A stretch of DNA of 64,000 nt, from positions 95,294,001 to 95,358,000 of the forward strand of contig NC_042999.1 of NCBI RefSeq assembly GCF_006345805.1, read 5' to 3'. A program made the position numbers and the translations under genes. The DNA comes from Octopus sinensis. Taxonomy: Eukaryota. The notes beneath the pieces were generated by a model that saw only the letters and a list, made by a program, of their open reading frames with translations, was not told where the DNA came from and searched no databases. Positions 12,608-26,353 of the stretch are shown piece after piece. Each line of letters starts with the position of its first letter. Within the stretch, counting starts at the first letter, position 1.

Positions 12608-13899
12608 TGTGTGTGTGTGTGTGTGCATGTGCAAGTGTGTACACTATCTTTAAAAAATTCCTTTGAACATAGATTTGCTTGACCAGAGTAGACTGAAGCT
12701 AACCTCTTCCCCTACAACTAACTCAACAGCCACACATGATAATACTTTTCCCTATACACAAGTCATTCTTTGATAAGAAACCTGGTTTAGCTACGTTATC
12801 ACTGAAGCAAAGAGAGACCCTCTACTTAGTCATTCAGCATGCTAAAAACCAAAGCCAAATTTTCTTTAAATGCACTTTTTCAGATAAGAAACCTAGTTGG
12901 CTCAAATTTTATTGCAATATATGAGATTGCTAAACAGTTAACTGCATGTGGCATACTTCAGTTTATTACACTGTGTCTCCACAATTCTTTTCTTCATTTG
13001 TTTTTGAATGTCTGTCTCATACAAATCCGTTAGGACTTTGAAACTTTGTATCTTATAGAAGATTTCAATGACTTTTACCACTCTACCCTTGTTCCATGAA
13101 ACATATGCTATTATGTATTATTGTATTGCCTGGAGGGCTTTTGTCAAGCAGCCCTATACCACAGAATCAGTTAGCTATTTATTGTCTTCACAGACAAATC
13201 AAATTGGTGTCATTATCTTCAGATCAGCACTGATGGATAAGATCTATGGTCAAAGATGTTACTTAAGATCTGGTCATTCTGTTTCAGTTTTTTTTTCCAA
13301 GCTTTTCCTTTTTTTTACAATAGCAAATATGATTTTGAAGTGACATAGCTACTATTTCTAGTTGATAGGCCAACCATATGAAAGAAACTTCTTTGGCTCA
13401 TGTAATATCTCACTCGGATTGTGTAGATCAACCTTGTATTTTTTCTTTATCACAAGGAAACCTGTACTTTAAACAATTAAATTTGCAATTTTAATATCGA
13501 CAAGCTATAATAAATTAAGGTTCTCATCCAAAGAAAGAGATTCTTCTCTTAACCATTTAATAGCATTAACATAAAGATAGTCTTCCCTAGATCTCACCTA
13601 ATGTAAGCTATTGATTGACAACCTTCACAAGAATATATGATGAATAATTCAGCTTAAATTAGATTCAGTCAACAATCTATCAATTTGCCAAGATCTACCA
13701 GCACCTTCATCTGAATTTTAGATATTGCTCATCTTATCAACATGAGGATTAAGTCTCAAAAGATATGAATAAAAGGCCATACTATAAAAATAAGAAATCC
13801 TTTGCCTAGCATAAGGATCTTAAAAGGTTGGAGCTATTGCCAGTTCAGTCAAAATATAGACTGTATACATGTGTGTGTGTGCATGTATTCCATGACAAG

Positions 13900-14400
13900 C
13901 AAAATTCTTTCATCTCCCACATCAGCTCCATTCACTTCTCTCTCCATTTTACCTCCTTCATCTCCAATACCACCCTCAATTTCCCTGGCATAACTGTCTG
14001 TATCAACAATTCTACCCATACTCTGTCTACTGTTTTCTTCAAACCTACAAACCTTTTCTACATCAACTTCTCCTCCTTTCACCTTACTCATACCATATAC
14101 TGCATTTTAGTCCTTATACTCTGTATCCAGAACTCAACCCAGTGTATTTTGTTTCCTCTTGTTTACTACCTCACCAGCCTTCCCCTCCAACATATCCTCT
14201 TCTATCTCTTCTGCCATCTTCTGTTCCCTCTTCCCCATTCCTCCCTTTAAGTGCATCTGCAACCTGTACAGTCTCCCCTCCACAGATCATTCTTCCTCAC
14301 CTCTGTCCCCTCTCAATCCAAACTCCACAGCCAAATCTGCCCTTTCATTTTCAACACTACTGCCCTCATTGAACCCAACCTCTGCATCTTAAATATGGGG
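13900..14400 (+). mobile_element. Decayed Penelope-like RT C-terminal region
   Basis: LHFTSFISNTTLNFPGITVCINNSTHTLSTVFFKPTNLFYINFSSFH resembles the PLE motif FT.EIS.TSLPFLD..V...LST.VYYKPT..HSYL. Confidence 0.55.
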
Positions 14401-14419
14401 ACTCTTTCTGATGCACCTG

Positions 14420-14700
14420 CAACAACTTCATATTTATGCACAGTTCTTAAGTGGTTTTACATGGATCTTTCTCAACGATGACCTTTAATTGACTGTCATT
14501 GATGACAGATAGGCGTCCACTATGTTCACAATTTTCAAGGCTCAGGTCTCCACTGCAAAATCGTTTAAACCAATTTCAAGCTGACCATTTACTTGAGGAA
14601 AACTTCTTAAGTAGTTTCCTAAATAGATCCGCTCTTAATTTCTATGGACATAACATCAATGTTTCAGCAATTCTGTCTGCTTCATATAGAATGAATTTTT
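14420..14700 (-). mobile_element. Mariner transposase N-terminal (HTH) fragment
   Basis: NWFKRFCSGDLSLENCEHSGRLSVINDSQLKVIVEKDPCKTT on the minus strand. Confidence 0.75.
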
Positions 14701-16664
14701 ACTTAAAATGGTTTAATTTTCTATAGTAATTTCAATCACAAGGCTAACACAGTGTAACCAAATATATTGATTGTCTATATACAGGCATTGTAGAAAGTAT
14801 GATTCAGAGATTGAAGGTGGTGGTGGTGGTAGTAGTAGTAGTAGTAGTACATGGTCTAGTGAGTTCAGAATAAGACTAAAATATCTTTTATATTTAGCAA
14901 ATACACTCTGTTCACCAGGAAACAATAGCATTTTCTTTACTTAATTTCAAATTCTGATTATTTAATTTCAAATTCTGTTCATTGAATGCTATTTAAAGAA
15001 ATTCTAGAGAATTATCAACAGAAATTAGAAAATATTAACATCATCAGGTTAATGGAAATTCTGCCACTGAGGACAAAAGGTGGGTGAAGTATGGGCTAGG
15101 TTAATATGGTGTAATTAATGATATCTTTACATTTGTCATTTTGAGAAAATTATTCAGTTTCATTAATTTTAATTACTTTACAGATATTTTAAAATATTTT
15201 TACTATAGATATTCATTCCATATTAATATAGATTCTGAACAATCTTGGACAGCCTGGGACATTTGCATAAATTGTCAGAATTAATTATACAAACTTACAC
15301 AATTTCATTATTTCCAGCAATGATAACTGACATAGGGCTGTCCTCATTGGTTCCTGATTTCTTGATCTTTGCTTTTATTGCCCAGCACTGAGAAATGAGA
15401 AAGAATTTCAGCAGAAAAAGAAAAAGGCAGTTTGGTTAACCTGGCATAGAACTTCCATTTCTTTTCAGCCAGAAATGCAACAAGCTAGAAATGTAATGTG
15501 TCATAGTTGGTAAAAGGCATATGGAATGATAGCCTTCTGGGTTAATGAGATGACAATTCAACTCTCATCATTAATTGTATTTGACAATACTATTTACCTC
15601 TTAATAGTCCCACTGTTGATCACAGTAGATGTTTGCTACAGATAGTATTTTTCATCATTGTTATATCATTGAAGACTGCATCTTTTGATTAATTTGCACC
15701 ATAATCTTGATAAAAGTATCTCTTTATTCTTCTTATACCTTCGTTTTCACTGTAAATGGATCTGATATAGTAAAACAGAAAGCAAAATATTCTGCTTAGA
15801 ATACAATGAAGACATTGTAAATGGAAGGTGTCAGCTATCTCAACCAATCATATATACAAAGTACCTTTCAGATGTATGTGAAATGTATGTACGGCATACA
15901 CATATTTTATTATACTTACCATTATGTCTTATCAGTACCTTGCAAAAACATAAAAAGCTACATTTTTATATTCCTAATGGTATTAGATACAATATCAATA
16001 GTACAAATGAAGAAAGTTTCAGAAAATATGAGGTTAAAAATCCCTTCAAATTCCTCTCACCTATTCCCTTTACAAAATAAATGATTTTTGTTGCATTCTG
16101 ATAAATTTGTTCACTGGATAAAGAACATCAAAAATCTTAAGATCATATATTGGGTGAAATAAAAATAATAGTAATCGGGCACCAACATTGTGTTTAGCTT
16201 TGAAGTTATGAAAGATAGTGCTGAACATGTTTTGTTACAGAGAAGAAAGAGAAGAACCACTTCATACTAATGATAACATGTCCAAATTTGTCTTCTGTAC
16301 TTGCAAAGGTAAAAGTAATGTTGATCATAACTACTAATTTTTACTTAAGATTTTTAATTGTTTGACAGATTAAGCATACATTCATCCACTTAACTCTCAT
16401 TTATCAGAGTGATGGCTACAAAGATAATATGATTTTTTATAAATTTACATACACTACACCAATGAAAATATGTTTATATAGCAATTCACTTATAAATATT
16501 TTGGTAAATTCCACTGAAAAGATTCAATAAGAACAAAACATGTCTCATGTCTTTTTCTATGCTGAGGTAAAACTAACATTGATATATACATAACACATGC
16601 GTATGTGTGTGTGTGAGAGAGAGAGTGCGTGTGTGTGTATGTATGTATATATGATGTATGTATG

Positions 16665-16925
16665 TCATCATCATCATCATTTAACGTCCATCGTCCATCT
16701 GGAATGGGTTGGACAGTTTGACCAGGGTTGGTAAGCTAGAAGGCTGCACCAGACTACAGTCTGTTTTGGAATGGTTTCTATGGCTGGATGCTCTTCCTAA
16801 CACCAACCACTCTGAGAGTGTAATGGGTGCTTTTACCGGCACGTGTGCCATTTGTGTGACATCAGTATCTGTCACAACTGCAGTTTTATTTGGCTTGATG
16901 GGTCTTCTTCTCAAGCTCGGCATAA
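16665..16925 (-). mobile_element. RTE LINE 3' UTR copy
   Basis: catcatcatttaacgtcc...gctggatgctcttcctaacaccaaccac. Confidence 0.8.
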
Positions 16926-16929
16926 TGCC

Positions 16930-17660
16930 AAATTGTAATTGTGTGTTGCTCATTTCTCTTGTGAATTTGTGACAAAGGTATAGATTGTTGAGGATAGTGC
17001 TGAATTCTTCCAGATTTTCTAGGGATTTGGTCCAAATTAAGAAACAATCATCAGTCAAGTTTTTCCATTGAAAAGGAATGTATTGTTTTTGAGGATGAGT
17101 CTGACTGCATCTAGTATGAAAGTTACAGTAAATCTACGGCGGATCACTCCTCTATGTTTCTCAACCATATTTTATGGCAGTAATTCCCAGATCATGTGGA
17201 ATATTTGTATATAAGTTTGTTACATCAAAACTAACTAACAGTGAATTAGATTCTGTTGTTCTGGGTAGATGTGACAAGAAATCAATGTCATCCCGAATGA
17301 AACTGGGTATGTGGCTATATAGTGGTTTTTGGATAATGTCAATGAGATTGCTCAGATGATGTGTAGGACAGGCTGGATCGGCTATAATGGGTCTTAGTTT
17401 AAGGTCTTTTGGGTGTAGTAGTTTTATGTATTCACTACCCTGTTCTTTTTTTTTATAGCATTTTGTATTTCTTCTGACTTGTGAGTTTTAGGTAAGTCAC
17501 AGAAGTTGCTGGATTTTGACTCAAAATTGGTAATATAGTCACTTTCATTAGGAGTGAGGGAGTTAAAATGTTTTAAGACTAAATAATTGAGTTTCTTCAT
17601 GATGCAGTGGTCCATATTTGAGGGTATTTCACAGTAGAATGTTGTATCCTTCAATTGATC
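16930..17660 (-). mobile_element. Penelope-like element RT fragment
   Basis: KSSNFCDLPKTHKS, PKDLKLRPIIADPACPTHHLSNLID, LVSFDVTNLYTNIPHDLG, TDDCFLIW: PLE RT motifs with an internal deletion. Confidence 0.9.
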
Positions 17661-18210
17661 TTCCAGGTTATCTCCATCTCTTCAGTGTTATGAAGAGATG
17701 GAGATGGAGATAACCTGGAAGATTTCGTTGCCTCTTGGCAGAAACTGCCATAACTAACTAGCACCTACTGACAATCTGCTCATTTGCTCAATTAATCACC
17801 TGTTCCTATATGATTATATGCTTCCACACCCTTGTCCTTGCAATTACCAACTCTTTCTATGTAACAGACTTATATACAAATATTCCACATGATCTGGGAA
17901 TTATTGCCATATCTGTACTACTGATAAATGTATATGTATTCATCTAATACATTGGAATAAATATACATACCAAAATGTTTACCAGCTAATGTCTGTGGAT
18001 TTTGTATCCTTTCCACTTTCTTATTTGCTGTATAAATCAAGGGTAAACCACTTTTTACCCCCGCCCATATATAACACTCAATTGTGAGATTGCCACACAA
18101 TAAGTAGCACTTGTGTATGAATAATTGGGTACACTACCAGCAGTATATTGGATAGCTACTATCACTTAGTTGGTTTCCCTACTTCTAACTCACACAGAAA
18201 TATATATATA

Positions 18211-18214
<4 letters not shown>

Positions 18215-18241
<27 letters not shown>

Positions 18242-18460
18242 TGTATGTATGTATGTATGTATGTATGTATGTATGTATGTATGTATACATTTATATGTGT
18301 TTGTGATGTCCCCATAACTTAGCGGTTCAGCAAAAGAAACCGATAGAATAAACACCAGGCTTACAAAGAATAAGTCCAAGGGTTGATATTTTTGACTAAA
18401 AGGCAGTGCTCCAACATGGCCACAGTCAAATGACTGAAACAAACAAAAGAATACACACAC
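18215..18460 (+). mobile_element. SINE 3' half preceded by (TATG)n
   Basis: gtccccataacttagcggttcagcaaaagaaaccgatagaataa...catggccacagtcaaatgactgaaac tail. Confidence 0.8.
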
Positions 18461-18492
18461 ATACATACATATATACATATATATTTACATAT

Positions 18493-18556
<64 letters not shown>

Positions 18557-19459
18557 GAATTAAATGAAAATCAATTAAAACATGAAGGAAGAATCTTGAG
18601 ATTATAAGCAAAAATTGATTGACTAGGTGACTAATAAAATGTTCAAAAACAGACATGTTTTTAGTAAATCTCCTTGTTACGTGACACACTTTAGGAAATT
18701 CTGATAACATTATTTTGATTTTCCACTCAAGAGAATTTCATATGGTCCAAGTAAATATTGTTTTCCATTAAATATGACAGTTTAAGTGGTTACCTTCTGT
18801 CATCATCAAATTGGCTTATAACCCTTCTCATTTGCAATTTCTTCCTGCAACCAACATTGATGCAGATGGCAAAAATGCACGTTAAAATAACTGAAATTGT
18901 CGACTTAGTTATTACATCTTCGTCCTCCTTAATATCAAAGCAATGCACATCACAATCTCCATCACACACAGCCATGAAACCTTTGTTTCTTCAAGCTATG
19001 TTTTTAATGCTGTACTAGTTCTGTGCCAACTATACATTGGAGCAAATTTGCCTCATCTTTGATCTCTCTGTGACATCTAAGCTGGTGGCCAAAGTCATCC
19101 TTATAAGCATGTCCCTCCACATCTTTCGAGCTAACACCAAATCAAACAAGTGTTTTACCTGTTGCAGTACAAAGAAAACTTCTTGCAACACCCATAAGAA
19201 ATCATCCCCTCAAACCCAAACTTACATACAAGACTGACAGCAAATACATAAAGAATGTCTTTATGCATTGCACAGCATAAAAGCTCACTTGTCTCCCAAA
19301 TTGAAATAGATCTTTCTGGTCTCTTACAAATATGATCTTTAAGTTTACAGAATACTCTTATTTATCACCTTTCAACAAATATAACACCATTTACAAATTC
19401 CCATTAGAAAGGCCTCAATGCCTGCTACCTGCTAAAGATATCAAGTCATTAGTTCTGCT

Positions 19460-19875
19460 TCTTTTCCCTTACTCATTTACTTGTTTCAGTCATTTGGTTG
19501 TGGCCATGCTGGAGCAACCACCTTTAGTCAAACAAATCGATCCCAGGACTTATTTTCTGTAAGCCTAGTACTTATTCTATCAGTTTCTTTTGCTGAACCG
19601 CCAAGTTACGGGGACGTAAACCAATATCGGTTGTCAAGCGATAGTGGGGGGACAAGCACAGACACAAACATAAATATACACACACACACACATATATATA
19701 TATATAGATATACGACAGGCTTCTTTCAGCTTCCGTATACAAAATCTACTCACAAGGCTTTGGTTGGCCTGAGGCTATAGTAGAAGACACTTGCCCAGGC
19801 TGTCACACAATGGAACTGAATCTGGAACCATGTGGTTGGGAAGCAAGCTTCTTACTACACAACCACACTGCACCT
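19460..19875 (-). mobile_element. Near-full tRNA-derived SINE with an internal (CA)/(TA) microsatellite
   Basis: Same family as the copies at 18215 and 51105. Head gctgtgtggtaagaagcttgctt-like on the minus strand. Confidence 0.8.
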
Positions 19876-20117
19876 TGTCTAAGTTGTTAAAACAAATTAT
19901 TAAGACCAGTATAATTTCTGTTGCCACTAATATCATTGTATAAGCATTCCAACTGTGGCCATTTCATCTTTTTTCTAGCATATGTATCCAGGTCTACATT
20001 ATGCAGCATATCTTAATACTATGAAGAAAGAATGCTATGGTTTGAGAATAGTTTTCATACTAAGTTCATTAAGCTGAAAAAAATCTAGCATAATACAGTA
20101 AAAAGAAAAAAAAATAT

Positions 20118-21540
20118 GTGACACATTTTTCTGAAAAAGTTAGTCTCTTAATGAAATGTACCATTTTTCCTATTCCTCAAGAAGCTGCTACAGCTTTCAG
20201 AACTATTAAAATCAATGTAGAAAATGTTTTCCCTCATGCTGTTGACAACTTCATTCCACTTACCATTGAGACCTATGTGTTAAACACTGTTCTAGCTGTA
20301 ACATTATCACAGTAGGGTGTCCTATTGATTTTCCTTGCACCCTTTCTAAAAGTGAATTGCTGCATCATTTTATTAAGAAAGAAATTTCAACAATAGCTGA
20401 ATGCTTATGTAAATGACAACACTATCTTCTAGGGATTTTGCTCTCATTACCAACCAACAAAGAATCCTATTTATGTTTGATAAATCTCATAAATGCAAAA
20501 TAAAAATTGATAAAATATCACACCGGAAGGTCAAGCTCTCTCCATATCGTTTGATATTTTCCATCAATGTGGGGAAATGAATTTATACACAGATATTTTG
20601 TCTTCAGTGAGCTATTCTGTTCAACCAGATTACAAATTTCTTCTATATATTCATGATAAATTGTGCCATTCATGTGTGAAAAGTTTGTTCTATTATATAA
20701 TGATAAAAGCATCTTCCACTCCCCGTAAAAGACTTTCTTAAAATCTGCAATGACTGTGGAATATGTTCTGAACCAAAACCTGGACTACTCAGGCTATGGA
20801 ACACATTGCATTGTATTTTGTAGATACTGATCATAGTCACTATCTAGGAACAAATATCTTTTAGTGACAGCTGATGAAAACTCATATTATCCTTTTGTTT
20901 CTCATTGTACTGGTTTCACCTCTCGAATTGTCCATCAGCATCTCAAAAACTATTTTCATTATTTGGAATAACTAAAACTATTCATAGTGATAGAAGAGCC
21001 CATTTCATGTTTCTGGAAGTCTGAAAATTTCTAAAACAACAAAAGGAATTGTACAAAATAGAACAGCCCTTCACAACCTCCAGAGGATCATCATCATCAT
21101 TGTTCGACCGTGGTCGAGACAATGGAATTTACCATGCTGCGCCAGACTTCACGGTCCATCATAGCATTACAGAGGTTCTGTTGCTGGATGCCTGTATCCC
21201 TGGAGATTACATCAGGGTAAGAGAGTGTGCACCCTCTAGTATTATGAGTAGATGGCTTCCAGAGGAGAAGAGTAGAAATTGCCTCATTTTCAGCTCTACA
21301 ACAATGTCCAGCAAACTGGACTCTCCTACCTTTCACAAGAGAGGAAATGGACAACATGAGAGCGTTCAGACAATATGAAAGATAATATCGTTACCTTTAA
21401 ACTCAGAGAATCCTCTTATAACTTGTTGGGAAGATATTCTTTTTGGAGAACCTCATTTAATTTGCTCCCTCCTCTTAACTGCTATCAGTAAGGTTCCTCT
21501 TGATTATGTTCTTCAGCAGGCATCTTTCTGCCTTCTTAAA
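20118..21540 (+). mobile_element. Degenerate Gypsy LTR-retrotransposon pol (RNase H plus integrase), interrupted by an RTE tail; gag-like decay may extend upstream to about 18700
   Basis: ETYVLNTVLAVTLSQ*GV (RNH), KEISTIAECLCK*QHYLLG, NKYLLVTADENSYYPF, TIHSDRRAHFM (IN core), WEDILFGEPHLICSLLLTA. Confidence 0.8.
21087..21385 (-). mobile_element. RTE-type LINE 3' end (second subfamily)
   Basis: ORF 21097-21357 RRVQFAGHCCRAENE..LLLWKPS..MMDREVWRSMV followed by a (GAT)n tail. Confidence 0.85.
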
Positions 21541-22504
21541 TAATTTCTCTTGAGCCAGTTCATGCATAAAAAAAAAGAAAGAAAAAAGAATAGAATCTAT
21601 GTACACACAAAAATTATCTTTAACACAAAAAAACTCACCAACAAAAATGAAAGGAGAAGTTTACCTATTTTCAGAAGCTATCACACTTTGTGATTTGTCA
21701 TGATGTCTGACACCACCAGTTCAAACAATTAAACTGAATCAGATATATAAATGGTTGCTTCTGTTTGAGATCTTAATACTCCCAACTCAACCTCTTCATT
21801 CCACAACAATACTCTCCAAGTAGCAGCAAAAGTGAGATTATTTCATTAAGGCATGTGATATCTATTGTCCCAATGGATAAATGTCATCATTCAAAGAAGA
21901 ACTCTCAGCCATCAGCTAAAGTAAGATTAAATGTACAAAACATGATTGATTTTTTTGGAGTAGATGACAGTTTATTATATGTATCACCAGAAAATTATTT
22001 TAAATAACAGTCAACTTACTTACGTAGTTAGTTAATTTAAACCTGCAATTACTCAGAGAAAGAAATCAAAATTTTAAAAGAAGAATGCATTAAGCTTCAG
22101 GTTGTAGCAGGAATACTTAACAACTACAAAACATAGAAATTGAACCTGGATCACTATATCTGATGCAAAAAAACAACTCAAGGATATGATCTCAATTTTC
22201 TAATTACCAACATTATCAATAAATTTGACCTTTCAAAACTTTGTGTGGAACCAAATCCAACAACTTCATCTTTGGCACACTTTTTCTGACCAAGACTATT
22301 ACTATATATTCAGTGCATTTTAGCCACTACAGTCAAACAAGAGTCAGCAGCTCAGTTACAGCACATGGCAGCTAACAGATAGTAGCAGAACCAGTAGCAG
22401 ACCAGAGCACAGTCACAACACAAAAACAAAGAATAGTGGCAGCAGCAACACACCATGACCATCTAACATCATGAAACTCATTGAAAAAATATTTAGTTTA
22501 TCGA

Positions 22505-22695
22505 AATTATGTCTTTTACCAACCCGGCTGAAACCGGCTCTGGCTCTGAGTACAAATATCTTGTTATCGTAAGTTTTGAATTAAAATCTTCTAGCTGAAT
22601 GATAACTAAGTTATTTTACTAAATTCTTTGTTATATATAAAGTAATTGAAAGAACACAGAGCGTCTCAAAATAAATACAGTAATGAAAGGGTTAA
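22505..22695. mobile_element. piggyBac-like MITE remnant
   Basis: Right end ...gtaatgaaaGGGTTAA (CCC-type TIR plus TTAA). Left end degraded. Confidence 0.5.
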
Positions 22696-24119
22696 AGTAA
22701 GTTTGCACTTTTCCAGTATCCTCTACTTGATGTTTTAATGTGCAACACTCTCATTCAATATCCATACATGTCTTGCTATGCTTATGACATTATAACTCTC
22801 TTCAATATTAAATATGGACTAAAAATTGTTGAGCTTGGTCCTGAACTTTCCATCAGACCCATATATTTCTGTATATTTATTACTTCATTGGGATCCTTTG
22901 AAATTATCTCTACCTCATACCCAATGATTTCTGTGTTACAATAGCTATTTAGTAGACATGTGGAATTATCTCTACATGGGCAGCTAACCTCTGTTCTGGG
23001 TTTAGACTTAACTTACCAACTTTTTTAAGCTAGGTGCACAGTTAAATGAGACTCTTAAATTATGTCTACTACATATTTTTTTCTGTAGCATGCATTTGGG
23101 AGAAATGCTTATTATGTAAACTAAGGAAGATTCTGCCTACACAAGTTTGCACATTAAGGGAAAATGTGAGTGCAAGCCATATAATCTCATGGTGGTATTT
23201 TCTCTTGGTCACATTAAGGTCGGGCACATAACTAATCCAATCATACTAGATGCATATCCTTGTCAATAGCCCTCACCAGAAATAAAGATAGGGTTGACGA
23301 CAGGAAGTACATTTGACCTCCCAAAAATCCAACCTTGAATAACCCCCTATAAAACCCATGCTAGCATAGAAAAATGGTTGTTGCACTAGGGAGTCTATGC
23401 TCCATCACTACTCAGAATTTTGCTCTTCTTCTATCATCTGTTTTAAAAATTAAACATCAGGCTTTGATATGTTTCAAAACTTACAAAGGTTTTAAGTCAA
23501 TAATGATTAGGCTAATGGAATGATAAAACAATCTGCAGCATCTGTGGCTGAGATGATACTTAACAATACAGTATTGTAAAATTACTGCTTTTTGGTACAG
23601 CTGCTACTGACCTTTACATTGTTAGTAATTATTGAAGAAATGTAGGTGTATTATTTTTAGAAAGCTTCTAACTCTGTTGTATGTTATGGTTCACTATATA
23701 TAAATATACAATTGATTTTAATATGTTTTTTACTGGTTTTTATCAGAGGTACGTGGTCATTCTGGGACAGTGCCTTCAAGGGTTTTAGTTAACCACATTG
23801 TTATTGGCACTATTACTTCTTTCAGACTGCTATTCAATACAGTATATCAACTCTATTTTTTGGATTGTTCAGTTGCATTTTGTTATAAAGGACTGAAGCA
23901 TAATACATCAGTGTGTGACTGTTCATGTGCATACATGTGTGTATACTCTTACATATACAGATACACACATACACACACATATATAATGGCCTTCCACACA
24001 GTTTCTGTTTACTAAATTCCACTCTCATAATACTGATCAATCCAAGACCACAATAAAAATTATTTGCCCAATGCAGCATCTGGGAGCATTGAACAAGGAA
24101 CTACATGACAGTATATGTG

Positions 24120-24167
<48 letters not shown>

Positions 24168-25329
24168 AACATCAATAGCAATGCCTATTTTCCTAATCAT
24201 TTCTTTCCCTCTGATATATATATGGATGGATGGATCAATGGATCGATCGATCGATCAATCACAAAGCTCATTTTGACTAGCATGCTGAATAGCTGAATAA
24301 GCTATTGAGTGAATTTATAAATTTGACTCTAGTTTCAGTGTTGAGTCTCCTCATCAGTAACTGTTCTGTTGTTATTCTTAAATTTGCTTTAAAATAACAT
24401 TAGATTAACATTTATTTATCTATATATTTATTTATTTATCTACATATTTATCCTTTTCCAATTTATATTGAAAAAGGTTATAAACATTGTTTAGAAAAAG
24501 CAAAAGGCAGTAATTTAAAAAGTTCTTTCTCTTGGATTTGACTCAACCATGTCACTATTGCCATTAGCGATGTGATGAATTAATGGCTGGCCCTCTGCAA
24601 ATCCACATATATGTATGTGAGTGTGTCTACATAAAATGTTTATACATATACATACACAGAGAGTATGTGCGTGTGTGCAGCCTAGAGGTAAGTAAAGATA
24701 CGTGTGATGCTTTAAATTAATGAAAAGTTAGAGAGAGAGAGAGAAATAAATAGACATGAATATTAACAGAGAAAACATGCTTGAAGAGACGGAAAATGTG
24801 AAAGAAAAGGAGTGAAAAACAAGAGGCAAATTACCTGAGAATTTTAACCTCTATAATGATGGTTTGTTTGCTAAAAAACCATAGTTCTTAATTTTTGTGA
24901 TCTTATGAACGAATTTCCCTGACCTTCAAAGTACTTTCTGAATTTTATTTTAGATTGAATTTCACACTGATGATCAGTAGTGCATTTAATCATTAACTCA
25001 GGGTCACTAGAATACAAGTTTTAAGTGGCAGGGAAGAATTAGTGGGAAAATCACTATTCATTAACCTCCACATTAAAATTTTGCAGGAAAGTTTGTCTGA
25101 TTGTGTTGAGGTAGAGCAGTGTGCTGGTTTGAATAAGTAATGCTTGCATCACTGAGTTATAGTTGAAACTTGTTTCAGTTGATTAATTCTCCATCTGAAT
25201 GTATTTAAGTTAATAACATATTCTTTCACTAAAAGTCTTTAGTCAGAGAAGTACTGAAATATATTGGAGGGCCAAGAAATAAAGGAGATACTATCAGCAG
25301 TATAGGGGCAATAATGTGTGTGTGTGTGT

Positions 25330-25415
<86 letters not shown>

Positions 25416-26353
25416 TGTGTATATATATATATCTGCTTGTACTTTTTCTTTACATACATATATTTACTAATACACTATTCCTTGTTTGTCTTTAACATAT
25501 GTTAAGAACATTATTGAAGAACACTTCTAATTCCCTTGTGATGTTCTCTAGTATATGTGCCACCATGACATCAGCTTCGAATACTTCCTTTTCTAAGTTA
25601 CCTTATACTATTTGCATATCCATCAGCCACTCACAAGGAGTATGAGTTTAATAAGTTATTTTCCACTATTTTGGTCAGGGTAATTTATAGTCCAAAACTA
25701 TTGCATTAGCATCTATATCATTTTACATTGCTATCCGCAATTGTTATCATATATACAGCAACAGTATTGATCTGGATTCTAAATATATGTAAAGACTTAT
25801 TCCTTTCTTAGTATCCCATTATGGCATGCTTTCAATTTGAATTATCAATGACTTATGACACTCCCTGGAAATCAGCAGAAGAAAGGGATTTTCAGTTGTA
25901 AAATAACTTTAAGAGAAGAATCTGTAATGTCTTTTGACTTTGGTCAATCATCCATTGTCATTTGAATCAGTTCAAGCCATTCTCTGACATACATCATACT
26001 TTGTAGATGATACAATAACAGACAATGGTTCTGTTATCAGAAGGGTTTGATACAACAGTCAAAGCATATCAGAGGGACTAGAGATAATTATGAAAATTCT
26101 TATGAAAGAGGATTGAAAAGTATGACTTATATTTACCCATTTTAACTATTCAGATACTTCATCTTTTTCCAATAGACTATGGTTTCTTTCATATTTATCT
26201 GCATCAATTACACATTATTACCTCATCTATTGTTGTCACAACTGAATTTGTGTATTTATTTTGTTGCTTTCATAAGCAAATATCTGTTACACTTTTGTCT
26301 TTATCTTTCCCAGGAGAGTAGCATGCCTGTGTTATGCTCATTATAGCTGAACC

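Noticed and set aside
13400-13800. Minus-strand EGAGRSWQI motif reminiscent of a Polinton-type polymerase
   Set aside because: It is one short motif among many stops, with no further supporting motifs.
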